Position numbers and translations under genes: made by a program. From Heteronotia binoei (taxonomy: Eukaryota), in the NCBI RefSeq assembly GCF_032191835.1, contig NC_083243.1, positions 170,252,001 through 170,316,000 on the forward strand: 64,000 bases of DNA. Reading direction: 5' to 3'. Below the pieces are notes generated by a model that searched no databases, was not told where the DNA came from, and worked only from the letters and a program-made list of their open reading frames with translations. Below are positions 21,872-33,865 of the stretch, in pieces; positions within the stretch are counted from its first letter, which is position 1; each line of letters starts with the position of its first letter.

Positions 21872-24800
21872 TCACCTTATTTCTAAGCTGCCCTTCAGAG
21901 TTTCAACCACCTTGTTTGGTTCTGGGAACTTCAGCTTGCGTGGTGGCCCCTTCTTAAGACCACTCCATAACTCCACCTCTAAAAGCAATAACAGCAGAAG
22001 ACAGTTACCAGCAGTATTTGCACTGCATTACTGGAAACAAACCACAAGCACATCAAGAAGCCAGTTCCTTCTGCCATGTTTTTGTAAGCAGGGCTGCACA
22101 CATTCATTATGCAATCTGCAGCCTTCACAAAGAGAAGTTATCCATAGGAGGCATCTGAACTATGGATTTCCCAAAGCACCAGCAATATCTTTCCACTCCA
22201 GCTAACTTAGTTTGGATTCAGAGAGCAACTGGGAGGAGGAGGAGATTGGACTTATACCCCACCCTCTGCTAGCGAAAGGAGTCTCAAAGCAGCTTACAAA
22301 TCTCCCAAGAAACACCCTGTGAGGTGAGGCTGAGAGCTCTCCCAAAACTGCTTGAGCAGAACAGCTTTGAGAGAACTTGAGAAGCCCATGTAGTATTTTC
22401 ATTCAGCACAACAACATTTGGTTGTGTCTCTCCCCGCCCCTCCCATTGGATGCAGTTGCCACTCATCTACCAGCTCTCTCAGTGGCTACTCATGTTTTAC
22501 GGAACACCATCCACCAAAAGTAGAAAGCCTCCACCCTGACAGCATTTTGAAGGGGTTGTAAAACTGAATTCTGAAGAGTGTTTTTGAGTATTATATAATG
22601 CTTTTTTAAAGCTGAGTACTTTAACTTCATTATGCACATCAGGTCCCAATTGGGAGAAAGAAACAAAAGAGCAGGCAGCAGTGAGAGAGCAGAAAAGAAA
22701 CTGTAAGGCCAGTTTTGCACTACACCTTTAATCCTGGTTCAGCCCTGTCCCCAAACTGATTTTCTACACTAGAATCATGAACTCGCAGAGCTGGTTTCTA
22801 TGATTCCATGATTCAAGTGTAGAATGCCAGTTTGGGGACAGAGCTGAACCAAGATTAAAGGTCTAGTGCGGAATTGGCTGTTATTAGATAGCTACAGCAG
22901 CTGGAACTTCTTGATGCTGTGGTCATCTTGAGGTTCATCACTCTCATTCTCTGACTCCTTTTGCCTAGTAAGGTTCTGTCTCCCAGAAAACTAACAAGCA
23001 TGGCACAGGAGCAGTCCTTATTCTGCAGTAGCCATCATGTGGAAATGAGAGAGAGAGAGCGCGTTTTTTTTTTTTAACAGGAACGCATAGGAATGCAGTT
23101 TTGACTGGCTTGGCACCAAGGGGTGTGACCTAATATGCAAATGAGTTCTTGCTGGGGTTTTTCTACAAAAAAAGCCGTGTGTGTGTATACACACACAGCA
23201 GTTGTAGTAGACAATCTGCAATCTGATGCGTCAACTTTTGGCTAGTCTTCTAACAGACACCAGATACACAACACTAACAACGGTGCTCTGGAATGCACAG
23301 AAGTCATTGTAAGCATCAGGGTTCTCTGTCACAGCAAAAGCCTCTTCCCTGCTGTTGCTTCTCCAGGTTATAACACAAATCAGAGCTCTGAAGATTCAGT
23401 GTTTCTGAGCATTCTATTCACCAGGGATTCCCAGTGGGTGGATTTGCAGGAGCCTGGTTACATGCATACTAGGCAGATTAATCCCCAAAGCAGTCCTCAC
23501 ATGGGCAAGCCTCCTGTGAAGACAGTACTTACTTGTGCCATCCTCTTTCAACAGGAGCACCTCAAAGCTATTTCTGCGGGGCTTATCAGGGTTGATCTCC
23601 ACGGTGAGGTCAGGAAAGGCCTGGCGCAGGGCCTGGCCAACAGCATCAGCGTTACGCCCATAGACTCGTCAGCTTTTACTGCAGGACAAAAAGGAAGTGT
23701 TTGTTTTTCCCAAACTACTGAAAAACTCAGCCATTATCTAAAAGTCTGCCAAAACCAAATCCAGCTAAATCATTTGGCTCCCTAGAGAAAGGTCTCCTCA
23801 AGCCCCAGTTAACAGTGTGTTTGCTGCTCATAAAAGATCTTATATTTTCCTTACTACATAAGGTATCTTCAAAAAAAATTACTCAAAAATTAAAAAATTA
23901 CATGAAGTATCTTGAGTGTCATGCAAGAAGCCCTCCAATTAAAAAGTACACATGTCCTTTAATACATTACTAAAAGATCCTAAGCATATATGTATTTAGG
24001 AATGGTAATCAGAAATGGCTGAGCCACTTGTTGCACGTTTATTTGGAAACAAAACCCCCCCACTTTTTTATTGGTACAATTCATACAAAGTATTTTTGTA
24101 TTCCAGAATTCCTTCCACAGTTAAGGTATCCTTTTCCCAGTAACTTATTTGCCTCATTTATCTCTCTCTTCTTCTCAGGTAGCCGGCTCCAGATTGACTC
24201 AGCCTTCCATCCTTCCGAGGTCAGTAAAATGAGTACGCAGCTTGCTGGGGGGAAAGTGTAGATCAGGGGTCCTCAACCTTTTTAAATAGGGGGCCAGTTC
24301 ACTGTCCCTCAGACTGTTGGAGGGCCGGACTGTCGTTACTGTACAAGGCCGCGGGCCGTCAGTTCTCCGTCTTCTGCATCTCTCTCCCTTCCCCACATCA
24401 CACACCCCGGCCTGGGAACTCACCTCACCTCGGTATCGCCTCACACTCTGTCTCCGCCGCCTCAGCCTAGTGCCGGAAGCATGCGTTGCTAATGCGAGTT
24501 TAGGTCGAACGTCACTTCTGGTCTGATTTTGCCATAACCCGGCGGGCCGCATCTGGCCCACGGGCCGTAGGTTGAGGACCCCTGGTGTAGATGACAGGGG
24601 AAGGCAATGGCAAACCACCCCGTAAAAAAAAGTCTGCCACGAAAACGTCATGCTGCGAAGTCACCCCAGAGTCGGAAACGACTGGGGCTTGCACAGGGGA
24701 CTACCTTTACCTTTTTTCTTCCCAACAGGAACCTAAAGTAGCTTCCAACATTCTCCCCTTGTACATTTTATCATTATAATCATCCTGTGAGGTAGGTTAG

Positions 24801-25657
24801 GTTGAGAGTGAGTGTGTGACTGGCCCATGGTCACTCAGTAATCTGCCATGGCAAGTGGGGATTTGAACTTGGTCTGACGCTCTAACCAAGGACTCCTTGC
24901 TGGATTCAGCACACTAAGGCCCTGTTCACACAGCGTGTTGAGTCCGTGTTAAACTGACCCAGTTCTGTTCCAAATATCTGTGCTCCAGATATTATCATTC
25001 AGACTGCCATACTACAATTCGAATCACTCCGCGGTGAAACCGTCTTCTGCCATCCACACGACAGCACCATGCAGTTCTTTGTTTCCCCACCTTTATGTAC
25101 ATATGCGCACGAGCACATTATGTGCAAATGTGCATGCACATAGGTCAGAAAACATGATGCGGTTATGCGCATGTTGCTAAGTAGTAAAAAAAAAATGGCG
25201 GCTGTAAACCAGATGTCTGAGGCTCCTTTTGCTCTGGGACAGCCTTCAGATATCTGGAAGTTGGTTAATATCGCAGCAGAACTATCCAGACGGAGAAAAC
25301 GATGAGGTCAAACCAGACAACTAAAAAAACACAAAGGAGCAGGTAACAAAATAATCCGGTTTGGAGAAGGATGGGAAAGCACAACGATTACTAGGAGGCA
25401 GATGTTGCTGTCTGATCAGCCACTTTTAATCCGGTAGGAAACAGCAGCGACAACTGATTAAACTGTGACTCTGAACAGGCCTTAAGAGATGTAAAGATAG
25501 AGACTCACCAGTGTTCAATGACCACATAAGGGTCTGAGCCTCTGCTCTTCTTCAGTTTCTTGGGTGACTGGTCAACTTCCTTGGCTTCCACCTCATAGCA
25601 CTCTGCCGCTTTTACTGCAGGGGTAACTGCCTTCCTCTTCTGCCCTTTAGGGGGCAT
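21872..25657 (-). CDS. SELENOH: Selenoprotein H; 3 coding exons, 133 aa including Sec
   Basis: Exons 25657-25509, 23678-23533 and 21978-21872 are all GT-AG and in frame: MPPKGQKRK...VVIEH-C-K-S-U(TGA 23671-23669)-RVYGRNA...NPDKPRRNSFEV...ELWSGLKKGPPRKLKFPEP...LEIR*. CxxU motif and downstream SECIS. Confidence 0.95.
22708..22878. repeat. Palindromic (foldback) MITE-like element
   Basis: Arms of about 60 bp, GCCAGTTTTGCACTACACCTTTAATCCTGGTTCAG... and ...CTGAACCAAGATTAAAGGTCTAGTGCGGAATTGGC, are near-perfect reverse complements. Confidence 0.75.
24175..24716 (-). mobile_element. Sauria SINE interrupted by a hAT MITE (24264-24584)
   Basis: Reverse complement of the AAGGTAAAGGTAGTCCCC...GTCATCTACACTTTCCCCCCAGCAAG...GAGCCGGCTACCTGA family seen intact at 29160-29450. 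Confidence 0.8.
24264..24584. mobile_element. hAT-type MITE, 321 bp, CpG-rich
   Basis: Perfect 16-bp TIR CAGGGGTCCTCAACCT / AGGTTGAGGACCCCTG; perfect TSD GTGTAGAT at 24256-24263 and 24585-24592. Confidence 0.92.
24917..25482. mobile_element. Non-autonomous TIR element in a SELENOH intron (superfamily uncertain)
   Basis: Ends AGGCCCTGTTCACA / TCTGAACAGGCCT, flanked by TA on both sides; CpG-rich interior. Confidence 0.6.
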
Positions 25658-26599
25658 TCTACCTACAAAGCAAAAGCCAAGGCAAAAGGACAAGCCAAAC
25701 AATATTTGTGATGCTTTTAATCTGGTAAAAACATTCCCATGATTCTACACTGCCCACCTATTAATTGCTGCTTCCATTCCCATTTGTCTGATGAAGTCTG
25801 CTTAAGAGCATACGAAAGCTTACATTCTGAATAAAGCTTAGTTGGTCTTAAAGGTACATTTGTCTACTGCTTTGTTCTAGTATCTCCATGGGTTAGGTTT
25901 CCACAATAACCCAGAATAAGAACAAAAATATATGGAAAGATAAGGGGGTGAAAATAATAATAAACTTGCTAGAAACAAACCCAGGGAGGACATTAGCAGT
26001 GGTTCTATTATTTGCGTTATGGACCCTTTTGAAAACGGGCTCATTTGTGTATTTACAAAAGGGCCTTTCAGGCAAGAAGAGATCATTCCCCCACCATTCA
26101 ATTAATCAATTTGAATTATAAATGGAGAATCCTGAAACAGACTCCTTCATCTGAGACAATTCGCTATGAACAAAAACCACCTGAAATACCCTTTCCTCGG
26201 ACTGAGAAAGCTTGGTGCCTGCGAACAACAGGAACAAGAAAACAAAGGGGGCAACAAAGGCAGTTTAGAGACGACAAATAATGGCGGATTCCAAATAAGA
26301 GAGGCATGGCTACACTGGAAGAAAGGCTTACGGCTCGACATAACAGAACGTGAATGAGAAAGAATTGCAGATCGGCGCAGAACTGCACACGACAAACAAC
26401 GTCCTGCATAATCTCTCATCGCAGCTGACTTTCCCTTAATTACCAAGGCAGAAATACTTGCAGCTCTGCCGCCCCCAGTTCTTAGAATGCCGAAACGACA
26501 AAGTCTCCACGTCCAAGGTCTTCCATAGAGCAAAACCACGACCGCCGTTTCAACCAATGAAATGTAACAGTGAAGCAAGAAAAAACACACACACACACA

Positions 26600-26900
26600 C
26601 ACAACGTAACCGTCTTGAAGCATTACCTTCAGAGGCGGATAAGCCTTGCGCACACTCAAAGGCCGTTATTCAGCTGGCGCTGCAGTCCCCGCTTTAAAAA
26701 AAAATAGTATCGTCCACTCCGCTTGAAGTTCTACGCAGGTTGCTGCTCGTGCCGAAACAAGGAAAGCTCGCGCGGCTGCGGCATCCAATCAGAATGTAAT
26801 CCAAGCGTTGGAACGCCCTACGGAGGAAGACGGTCCTGGGAGCGCGGGTTAAAAACGTCTTCGGCGTGCCGAAGAGAAACTGCAACTCCGGCATGTGGTA
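26600..26900 (-). promoter_or_regulatory. SELENOH promoter and probable non-coding first exon
   Basis: CpG-rich; CCAAT at 26785-26789. Candidate donor GAAG|GTAATG at 26627/26626 could splice to acceptor TTTGTAG| at 25663/25662, just before the ATG. Confidence 0.6.
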
Positions 26901-27519
26901 TGGTGAGCCGCGAGAATAGAGTTCAATGCTCCAAATCTTTTAGCCAGTGTAAACGTTGGAAGCAGCAAGACACAAGATCACAACAGGGATGCGCACAATA
27001 CCCTGTTTCACAGGAGGCTTCTGCGAGCTTCAAAAAACATTTAAGTAATTCATATGAGAGACCAGCTCTCCAACCATTCTGCAGACAAACCACGTTGTTT
27101 GTTCTCACGGCTCACCCCATACCACATCCCAGAGTTCCAGTTTCAAAGGACAGGCTGTCAACTAGAAGTAGATGGACTTTACGTTCGGGTGTGGCTTATA
27201 TTTGCACTTTGCTTAGCATCGTATTATCTTACAAGTGAATTTTGTTATATAAAATATTTGAATTGTCTACAATTGAGGCTGGTTTGACGTGGATGCCTTA
27301 GGGCTTCTCACCTCCAATTTCCACGTTGCTCTCTTTAGTTGCTAAATCTCCAGTTGGGGGCAGGGGAGGGATCCCCTGGTTTGGAAGCGCCTCTCCCGGC
27401 TTCAGAGTTATTAGAAGGGGGAGGGGAAATGTGCACTGGGCACTCCATTATACCCTATGGTGAGCGGTCCACATAAGGTATAATGGAAAATAAATCTGTC
27501 GGTATCTGGGGCTCAAGAA

Positions 27520-27716
27520 CAATGTTCCCTCTAAACTGAGTTAGTGTGAGCTAGCTTACAGATTTTTGGGCTCTGGCTCACACTTTTTTTGTCTTTGTTC
27601 AGAAAGGATGGCCCAGAGCAAATTAATATGCAGTAGCCAAACTGCTTACTCAAATGCCAGTGGCTCTCCAAGTAGAATTTCTGCTCACAAGGCTCCATAG
27701 CTTATAGGGAGTATTG
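27520..27716. mobile_element. hAT-type MITE, CAGTGTTCCCTCTAAG family (older copy)
   Basis: Collinear with 20171-20352 and 52545-52739; TSD not recognisable. Confidence 0.7.
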
Positions 27717-29159
27717 CTGGGCAGGGGTGGGGGGGTTTTGAGGTAGAGGCACCAAATTTTCAGCATAGTATCTGGTGTCTCCTCAAAAACAAAAACCCAC
27801 GTTTCAAAAAGATTGGACCAGGAAGTCCAATTCTATGAGCCTCCCCAAAAGGTGCCCCCATCCTCCATTATTCCCAATGAAGAGAAGGCAGTTCCTTTAA
27901 ATGTAATGAACAGAACTCCCTTCAGAGTTTAATCGTGCTTGTCCTGACCTAACTCCTGGCTCTCTCCCTCCCAAGTCCCCAGATACTTCCTGCCTGGGAC
28001 CTGGCAACCCTACTCCTAACTTTTGTCTTCCACGTACCACTTCCACTTAGCATGAGACTAAGGGTGCTTTCACACAGCAACTGGTTGCAATTGGATTTTT
28101 CCATTCTTACAGGGAAAATCCAGTTGCAAAGGGCAGTATTTAGTGTGTGTGAACGCACCATAAGACCTAAACAGGTCTATTCTGAATTCTACTATGGTTT
28201 TAGGGCTTACTCCCAGGAAAGTGTCCTTCAGATTGTGCTGTAAAAAGCATAAGGAGCCACTTCTGCTTATCTAATATGTATTGATGAAGAGGATATAAAT
28301 TATTTTAGTTCCCTTTTGTAGTTGTTTTGGACAAGATAATACCTAAAAGAGTGGAACTTTATGAAAGTGTCTTGAATCACTGTATGCCCCAGCTACCTTT
28401 CACCCATTGCCCAGTTCAGTGCTTTCTTCGACACCCTAGATTGAACGAAGGATCAGTTCACGCTGACAATTCTGACTCAAAGGTGATCAAGTGCAGTTTG
28501 ATCTGTTAGATGCATCATGTGATAACTGCAGCTTTTAGTTGACTTCAGTTGGGATCATTAGGCAACCTGTCATAAGTCTTCTTAACTACCAAGTTGAGAG
28601 ACAAATTTTGTATTGCCCTGCCTGTTAGCATATTTCTCCTAGTATCAGTGCTGTATGCTTTGCTATGATTCTGGTCTCTTGCCACCGCTGCCCCCCCGTC
28701 TCCCTGAACGATGCCTTTCCCTTCTAATCCTGGTTAGGCTGTTCCTTCTTCCTGCATCATGGCAAGTTTTCCTGTAATAATTTCCTGAAATAGTTACCAG
28801 GCCTTTGCTATAGCCGAACCAAACTGAATGAAACTTACTGCCACTTTCGTTTATCCAGATTTCTTCACATTTTATTCCTACATAACTGCTTTGGTTGTAA
28901 CTTTACTAAAAGCCAAAGGCTGGAAAGGATATAAAATAAAAATGTGTGCCTTCGGCAGAAGAGCAATCCATATTCTAGGAGCAGACTCTGACACAAAGCC
29001 GTTGGGATTAGGTCCAGTAGAGCAGTGATGCTCAACCTTTCCGGTCAATCACTCTGTCAAAGAATCTGGTTCATACCATGGTAGGAGCAGCCAGTATTAT
29101 AATACCCGTTTAAATCTGTGGTGAGGCCTCATTTGAAATACTCTGTGCTATGCTGATTA

Positions 29160-29450
29160 AAAAAAGGTAAAGGTAGTCCCTTCTGCAAGCACCAGTCGTT
29201 TTCGACTCTGGGGTGATGTTGTTTTCACGGCAGACTTTTTACGGGGTGGTTTGCCATTGCCTTCCCCAGTCATCTACACTCTCCCCCCAGCAAGCTGGGT
29301 ACTCATTTTACCGACCTCGGAAGGATGGAAGGCTGAGTCAACCTGGAGCCGGCTATCTGAACCAGCTTCCACTGGGATCGAACTCAGGTCGTGAGCAAAG
29401 GGCTCTGACTGCAGTACTGCAGCTTTACCACTCTGCACCATGGGGCTCTT
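29160..29450 (+). mobile_element. Sauria SINE, full length
   Basis: AAAGGTAAAGGTAGTCCC...GGGGCTCT; 14-bp TSD TGCTATGCTGATTA at 29146-29159 and 29451-29464. Confidence 0.88.
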
Positions 29451-29937
29451 TGCTATGCTGATTACTGTATTTTAAAAAGGACACAGCAGAACTGAAAAAA
29501 GTACAGAAAAGGGCAACCAAGATGATTAAGAGGCTGGAGGAGCTTTCCTATGAGGAAGGGCTGAAGAGTCTGGGCCTGGGAAAAGACAACTAAGGGGACA
29601 CATGACAGAGGTTTATAAAATAATGCAAGGAAGTGGAGAGGGTGGACAAAGAGAATTTTTCTCCCTTTCCCAAAATACCACTACTCAAGGATAGGCATCC
29701 AATGAATCTGATTGGCAATAGATTCAGGAGAAACAAATACTTGTTAACTTTGTGATTCAAATGTGGAATTTACTGCTAGTGGATGTAGTCATTGCCGCAG
29801 GTAGAGATGGTTTTAAAAGGGGATTAGCCAGGTTCATAGAGGTTAGAACTTTCAGTGGCTATTAAAGGAAACTTCCATATCCAGAAGCAGTAATCCTCTG
29901 AATACGAATACCAGGAGGCAGTATCAGAAGGCCTCAG

Positions 29938-32900
29938 TGTTGGAATACAAGCTATGCACATTCCAGCCATTATAGAGTTAACTGTTTGTTTACCTGATAG
30001 AGGAAGTGATGTATTGTAACCTAAATCCAATTGTGAGCTGAGTCTTCTTTACCGGCGAAAGATATAAAAACAACATTGGTCAGAAAGGATGTTAGGTGTG
30101 AATGCTTTGATCTTGTATGCAAGCTGAATTGCTCTTCTTCCCGGCGACACCCATTGGGCAAGTGGAAAATAGCAACCAACAGAAACGTGATTTTAAATCT
30201 GCAAAGCCAGCAACCAAGCCTGAGAATGTGTCTGATAGGAATCCTAAATATGCAATTACTGAATCAAATGCAAATCTTGAGAATCATTGGATCATAGATT
30301 CTGGAACTTATTATCATGTCTGTAAAGATAAGAAATATTTTGTGGAATTGGATGAGAACAACTCATTTTGTGGAATTGGATGAGAACAACTGCCCAAAAT
30401 TAGAGCAAGCCAATGGACAAATACTGAAAGTTGAAGGAAGTGGGACTGTAATCTTAAATGTTATGGATGAAAGTCAAGAAATTAAAAAGGTTACACTAAC
30501 AGTGTGTGCATATGCCCCTGAGGCAGTCAGCAACTTAGTCTCAACAAAGAGAATTATCAGAAGAAATCATGAGATTGTACTCAAAAAGGACAATGGAAAT
30601 ATTGTTGATCCTGAATCTGGAACTGAATTTATGCTTGATGTAGTTGACAGTCTTCATTATCTAAAGCTTGCATGATGATGATGATGTGCAAAATGATGCT
30701 GAAAATATTTCTGATGTAACAAAAGTTGTTGGGTCAGTGTATAATACAATGCAATCTGTATGTAAGCATAAATGTCTTCTTAAATGGCACATAACTATGG
30801 GGCACCGGAGTGTGCAAAGTGTGCAAAATTGTTGAAAGAATGTAATGTTGATGTTATTGATTGTGATCAAATGCAATCTGGTTGTGATATGTTTAAAGGC
30901 AAAAGGTACCGCCCAAGATACATGGGCAAAAATACGGTACACAATGAACAATTTCTAGCGATGGTATTCTCAGATATTGCAGGGCTAATCAAAGAATTGG
31001 CTGGTGCAAGCAGGTACTTTTTAACGTTTATAGAAGCTAAGTCAAGATATGTCTATGTCTACTTAATTAAAAGCAAAGATCAAGTCTTTGACAAATTTAA
31101 ATCCTATGTTGCTGCTGTGAGAAATAAATCTGGTAAAGTTCCAGAAGTATTGTTCACAGACAATGGAACTGAACAGAAGCAGTGAGTTCCAAAGGTTTAT
31201 GGAACAATAAGGCATTCAACATAAAACTACTACACCCTATTCACCACAGCAGAATGGTGCAGCTGAGAGACCTAACCGAACAATTATGGAAATGGCCAGA
31301 TCAATGCTAATACAATCTGGACTGCCAGATTATACATGGGGTGAAGCTGTAAATACTGCAGTTTATTTGCATAACAGAATTCCATCCAAAGTAACTAATA
31401 AATCACCGTTTGAGATTTGGTATGGCAAACGACCCGGTTTGAAACATTTAAGACCTTTTGGTTGCAAAGCATACGTGTTTATACCTAAGGAGAAAAGGGG
31501 CAAACTAGACCCCAGAGCAGAACTTGGTATTCTTGTGGGCTATGCTAATGGTGGAAGAGGATACAGAATCTTAGACCCTAATGCATATACTGTCAAAGAA
31601 TGCAATGTGGTATATATAGATGGCAACAGTGTTTTGCAAGCTCCTATGCAAGCTGAATCCACAGTACAGAATCCTATAGAGGATCTTACCTTCAGTGAAT
31701 TTGCTATTTGGGAACCTGCAGAGACCACCTGTGAGCAGGCAGGTCCACTTTCACAAGAAAGCAATGAATCAGAAAGGGAAGCAGGAAGTCCAAGAGAAGC
31801 AGAGACAACCATAGTTACTGTGAGAAAGTCAGCAAGGAGCAACAAAGGCATACCACCGCCAAGACTTGGAATTTGTGCAACAGTACAACCTGTCAAAGAA
31901 CCCTCAACTTGGGAGATAAATAAATCAACTACCAGATCCAGAAAGAAAGAAATGGATGGATGCAATGAATGATGAAATGAAGTCTTTACATGACAAGCAA
32001 GCTTGGACACTTGCAAACTTACCTCCTGAAAGAACAGCTATTGGTTGTAAATGGATACTAAAGTAAAATACAATCCTGATGGAAGTGTGGATCGATACAA
32101 AGCACGTTTAGTAGCAAAAGGATACAGGCAAGAACAAGGAATTGACTATACAGAGACTTTTGCACCTGTCATAAGTCATGTTGCGTTCAGAATACTTCTA
32201 ACAATTGCAGCCTCCAAAGGCATGCAAGTTGAACACGTGGACATTAAAACAACTTTCCTCAATGGAGACTTAACAGAGGAAATCTACAAGGAACAACCTG
32301 AAGGATCTGAAGACTCTGGAAAGGAAAAACTTGTGTGTAAACTTCAAAAAGGAATTTATGGATTAAAACAAGCCGCAAGAGGTTGGTCGGATAAGCTGAC
32401 AGAACTACTAAAGAAGCAAGAATTTCAACAAGGGAAATCAGAACCCTGTTTGTTTACAAGACTAAAAAATGGACAATACCAGGACATATTGTCTTACGTT
32501 GACGATCTGATTTTATGTTGCTACAACAAGAAGGACATCAAAGAAATTGCTGATGAGCTAAATAAAGATGTGGCAGTCAAACAACTGGGAGACATAAAAC
32601 ATTACCTTGGAATACAAATTGAAAGAGCTGAAGACAGACGTTTTCTGCTGAACCAAAACCACAAAATTATGGACTTTGTTCAATCCATGGGAATAAAGAA
32701 ACATGGAAACATTAGTACACCACTTGATCCAGCATACTTAACTTTGAAAGAAGGAAAATTGCTTGAAAACAATCGTGAGTATAGAGAAGCAACTGGAAAA
32801 CTACTGTACTTAAACAGAATCTCGAGACCAGATATTTCTACTGCTGTTGGAATCTTGCGTAGAAAGAAAAGTTCACAAGTTCACTATATTACCAGATTGG

Positions 32901-33865
32901 AATGCCATAAAGAGACTGCTGACTACAAATTACTAATTTCAGCATGTGACAACCCAAGACTAGTAGTCTACATGGACGCCAACTATGGGAGAAATGAAGG
33001 AGATGGAAAATCAACAAGTGGAAATATATTCTTCTATGAAGATAGTGTGATTGACTGGAACACTAAGAAACAAAAGATTGTAGCTCAATCTACTGCTGAA
33101 GCTGAATGTGTGTCTGCTCAAAGGGCATGCAATGAACTGGAATGGATTATTTTTCTTCTTAAGGAATTTGGAATAGAGGAACCTAAACCAGTACTCATGT
33201 TTGAAGACAACCAAGCATGCATAAACATATGCAAAGCTGAGAACATAAAGCTAGACAACAAACATATTGTCATCAAGTGTTTACTTGTGCAAGAGATGAT
33301 TAAAGGACTGATTGAATTACAATACTGCCCTACTGAAGAAATGACATCATGACGAAGCCGCTTGACAGACTGAAGTTTGAACAACTACGTGAAAGTATGA
33401 ACTTGATAGAAATTGCTAATGACTGAAATGTTACATAACTTGAGAAGGGGTTTGTTAGAATACAAGCTATGCACATTCCAGCTATTATAGAGTTAACTGT
33501 TTACCTGATAGAGGAAGTGATGTATTGTAACCTAAACCCAATTGTGAGCTGAGTCTTCTTTACCCGTGAAAGATGTAAACACAGCATTGGTCAGAAAAGC
33601 TGTTAGGTGTGAAATGCTTTGATCTTGTATGCAAGCTGAATTGCTCTTCTTCCTGGCGAAATGCTCTTTGGGAAGAAGAACTGTTAGATGTAGCCATGTA
33701 GAGGACACACATACTTAGACTAGCTGGTATGCTAAATTGTTTTTTTTTATCCCAAGTACCCTATCCTGATGTTTTCTAGTAAACTTTACTTCTTTTGATA
33801 AGCTTAAGCCTCGACTCCAATTATTGCCACTCCAAACCTCTGAATTCAACGTATATTTCCCATCA
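29938..33865 (+). mobile_element. Degenerate Ty1/copia element, a different family from 231-5373
   Basis: LTR homology between 29938-30149 and 33453-33661. PPT GAGAAGGGG at 33442-33450. Broken ORFs carry protease WIIDSG, integrase FTDNGTE/AERPNRT, RT YKARLVAKG and YVDD, and RNase H YMDANY/FEDNQA. Probable TSD CTCAG (29933-29937) / CACAG (33866-33870); the right end is inferred. Confidence 0.9.

Noticed and set aside
23669-23671. SELENOH as a pseudogene with a premature stop
   Set aside because: The TGA sits at the conserved CxxU position, the frame continues intact, and a SECIS is present.
26147-27238. 170-aa and 171-aa ORFs around the SELENOH promoter
   Set aside because: Typical of GC-rich promoter DNA; no domain, and they cross a CA repeat and regulatory motifs.
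30141-30149. ACA at 30149 as the true end of the second copia's LTR
   Set aside because: No PBS follows, and the matching point in the right LTR (33661) gives no TSD. A near-TSD and the resumption of CR1 sequence occur at ~33866.
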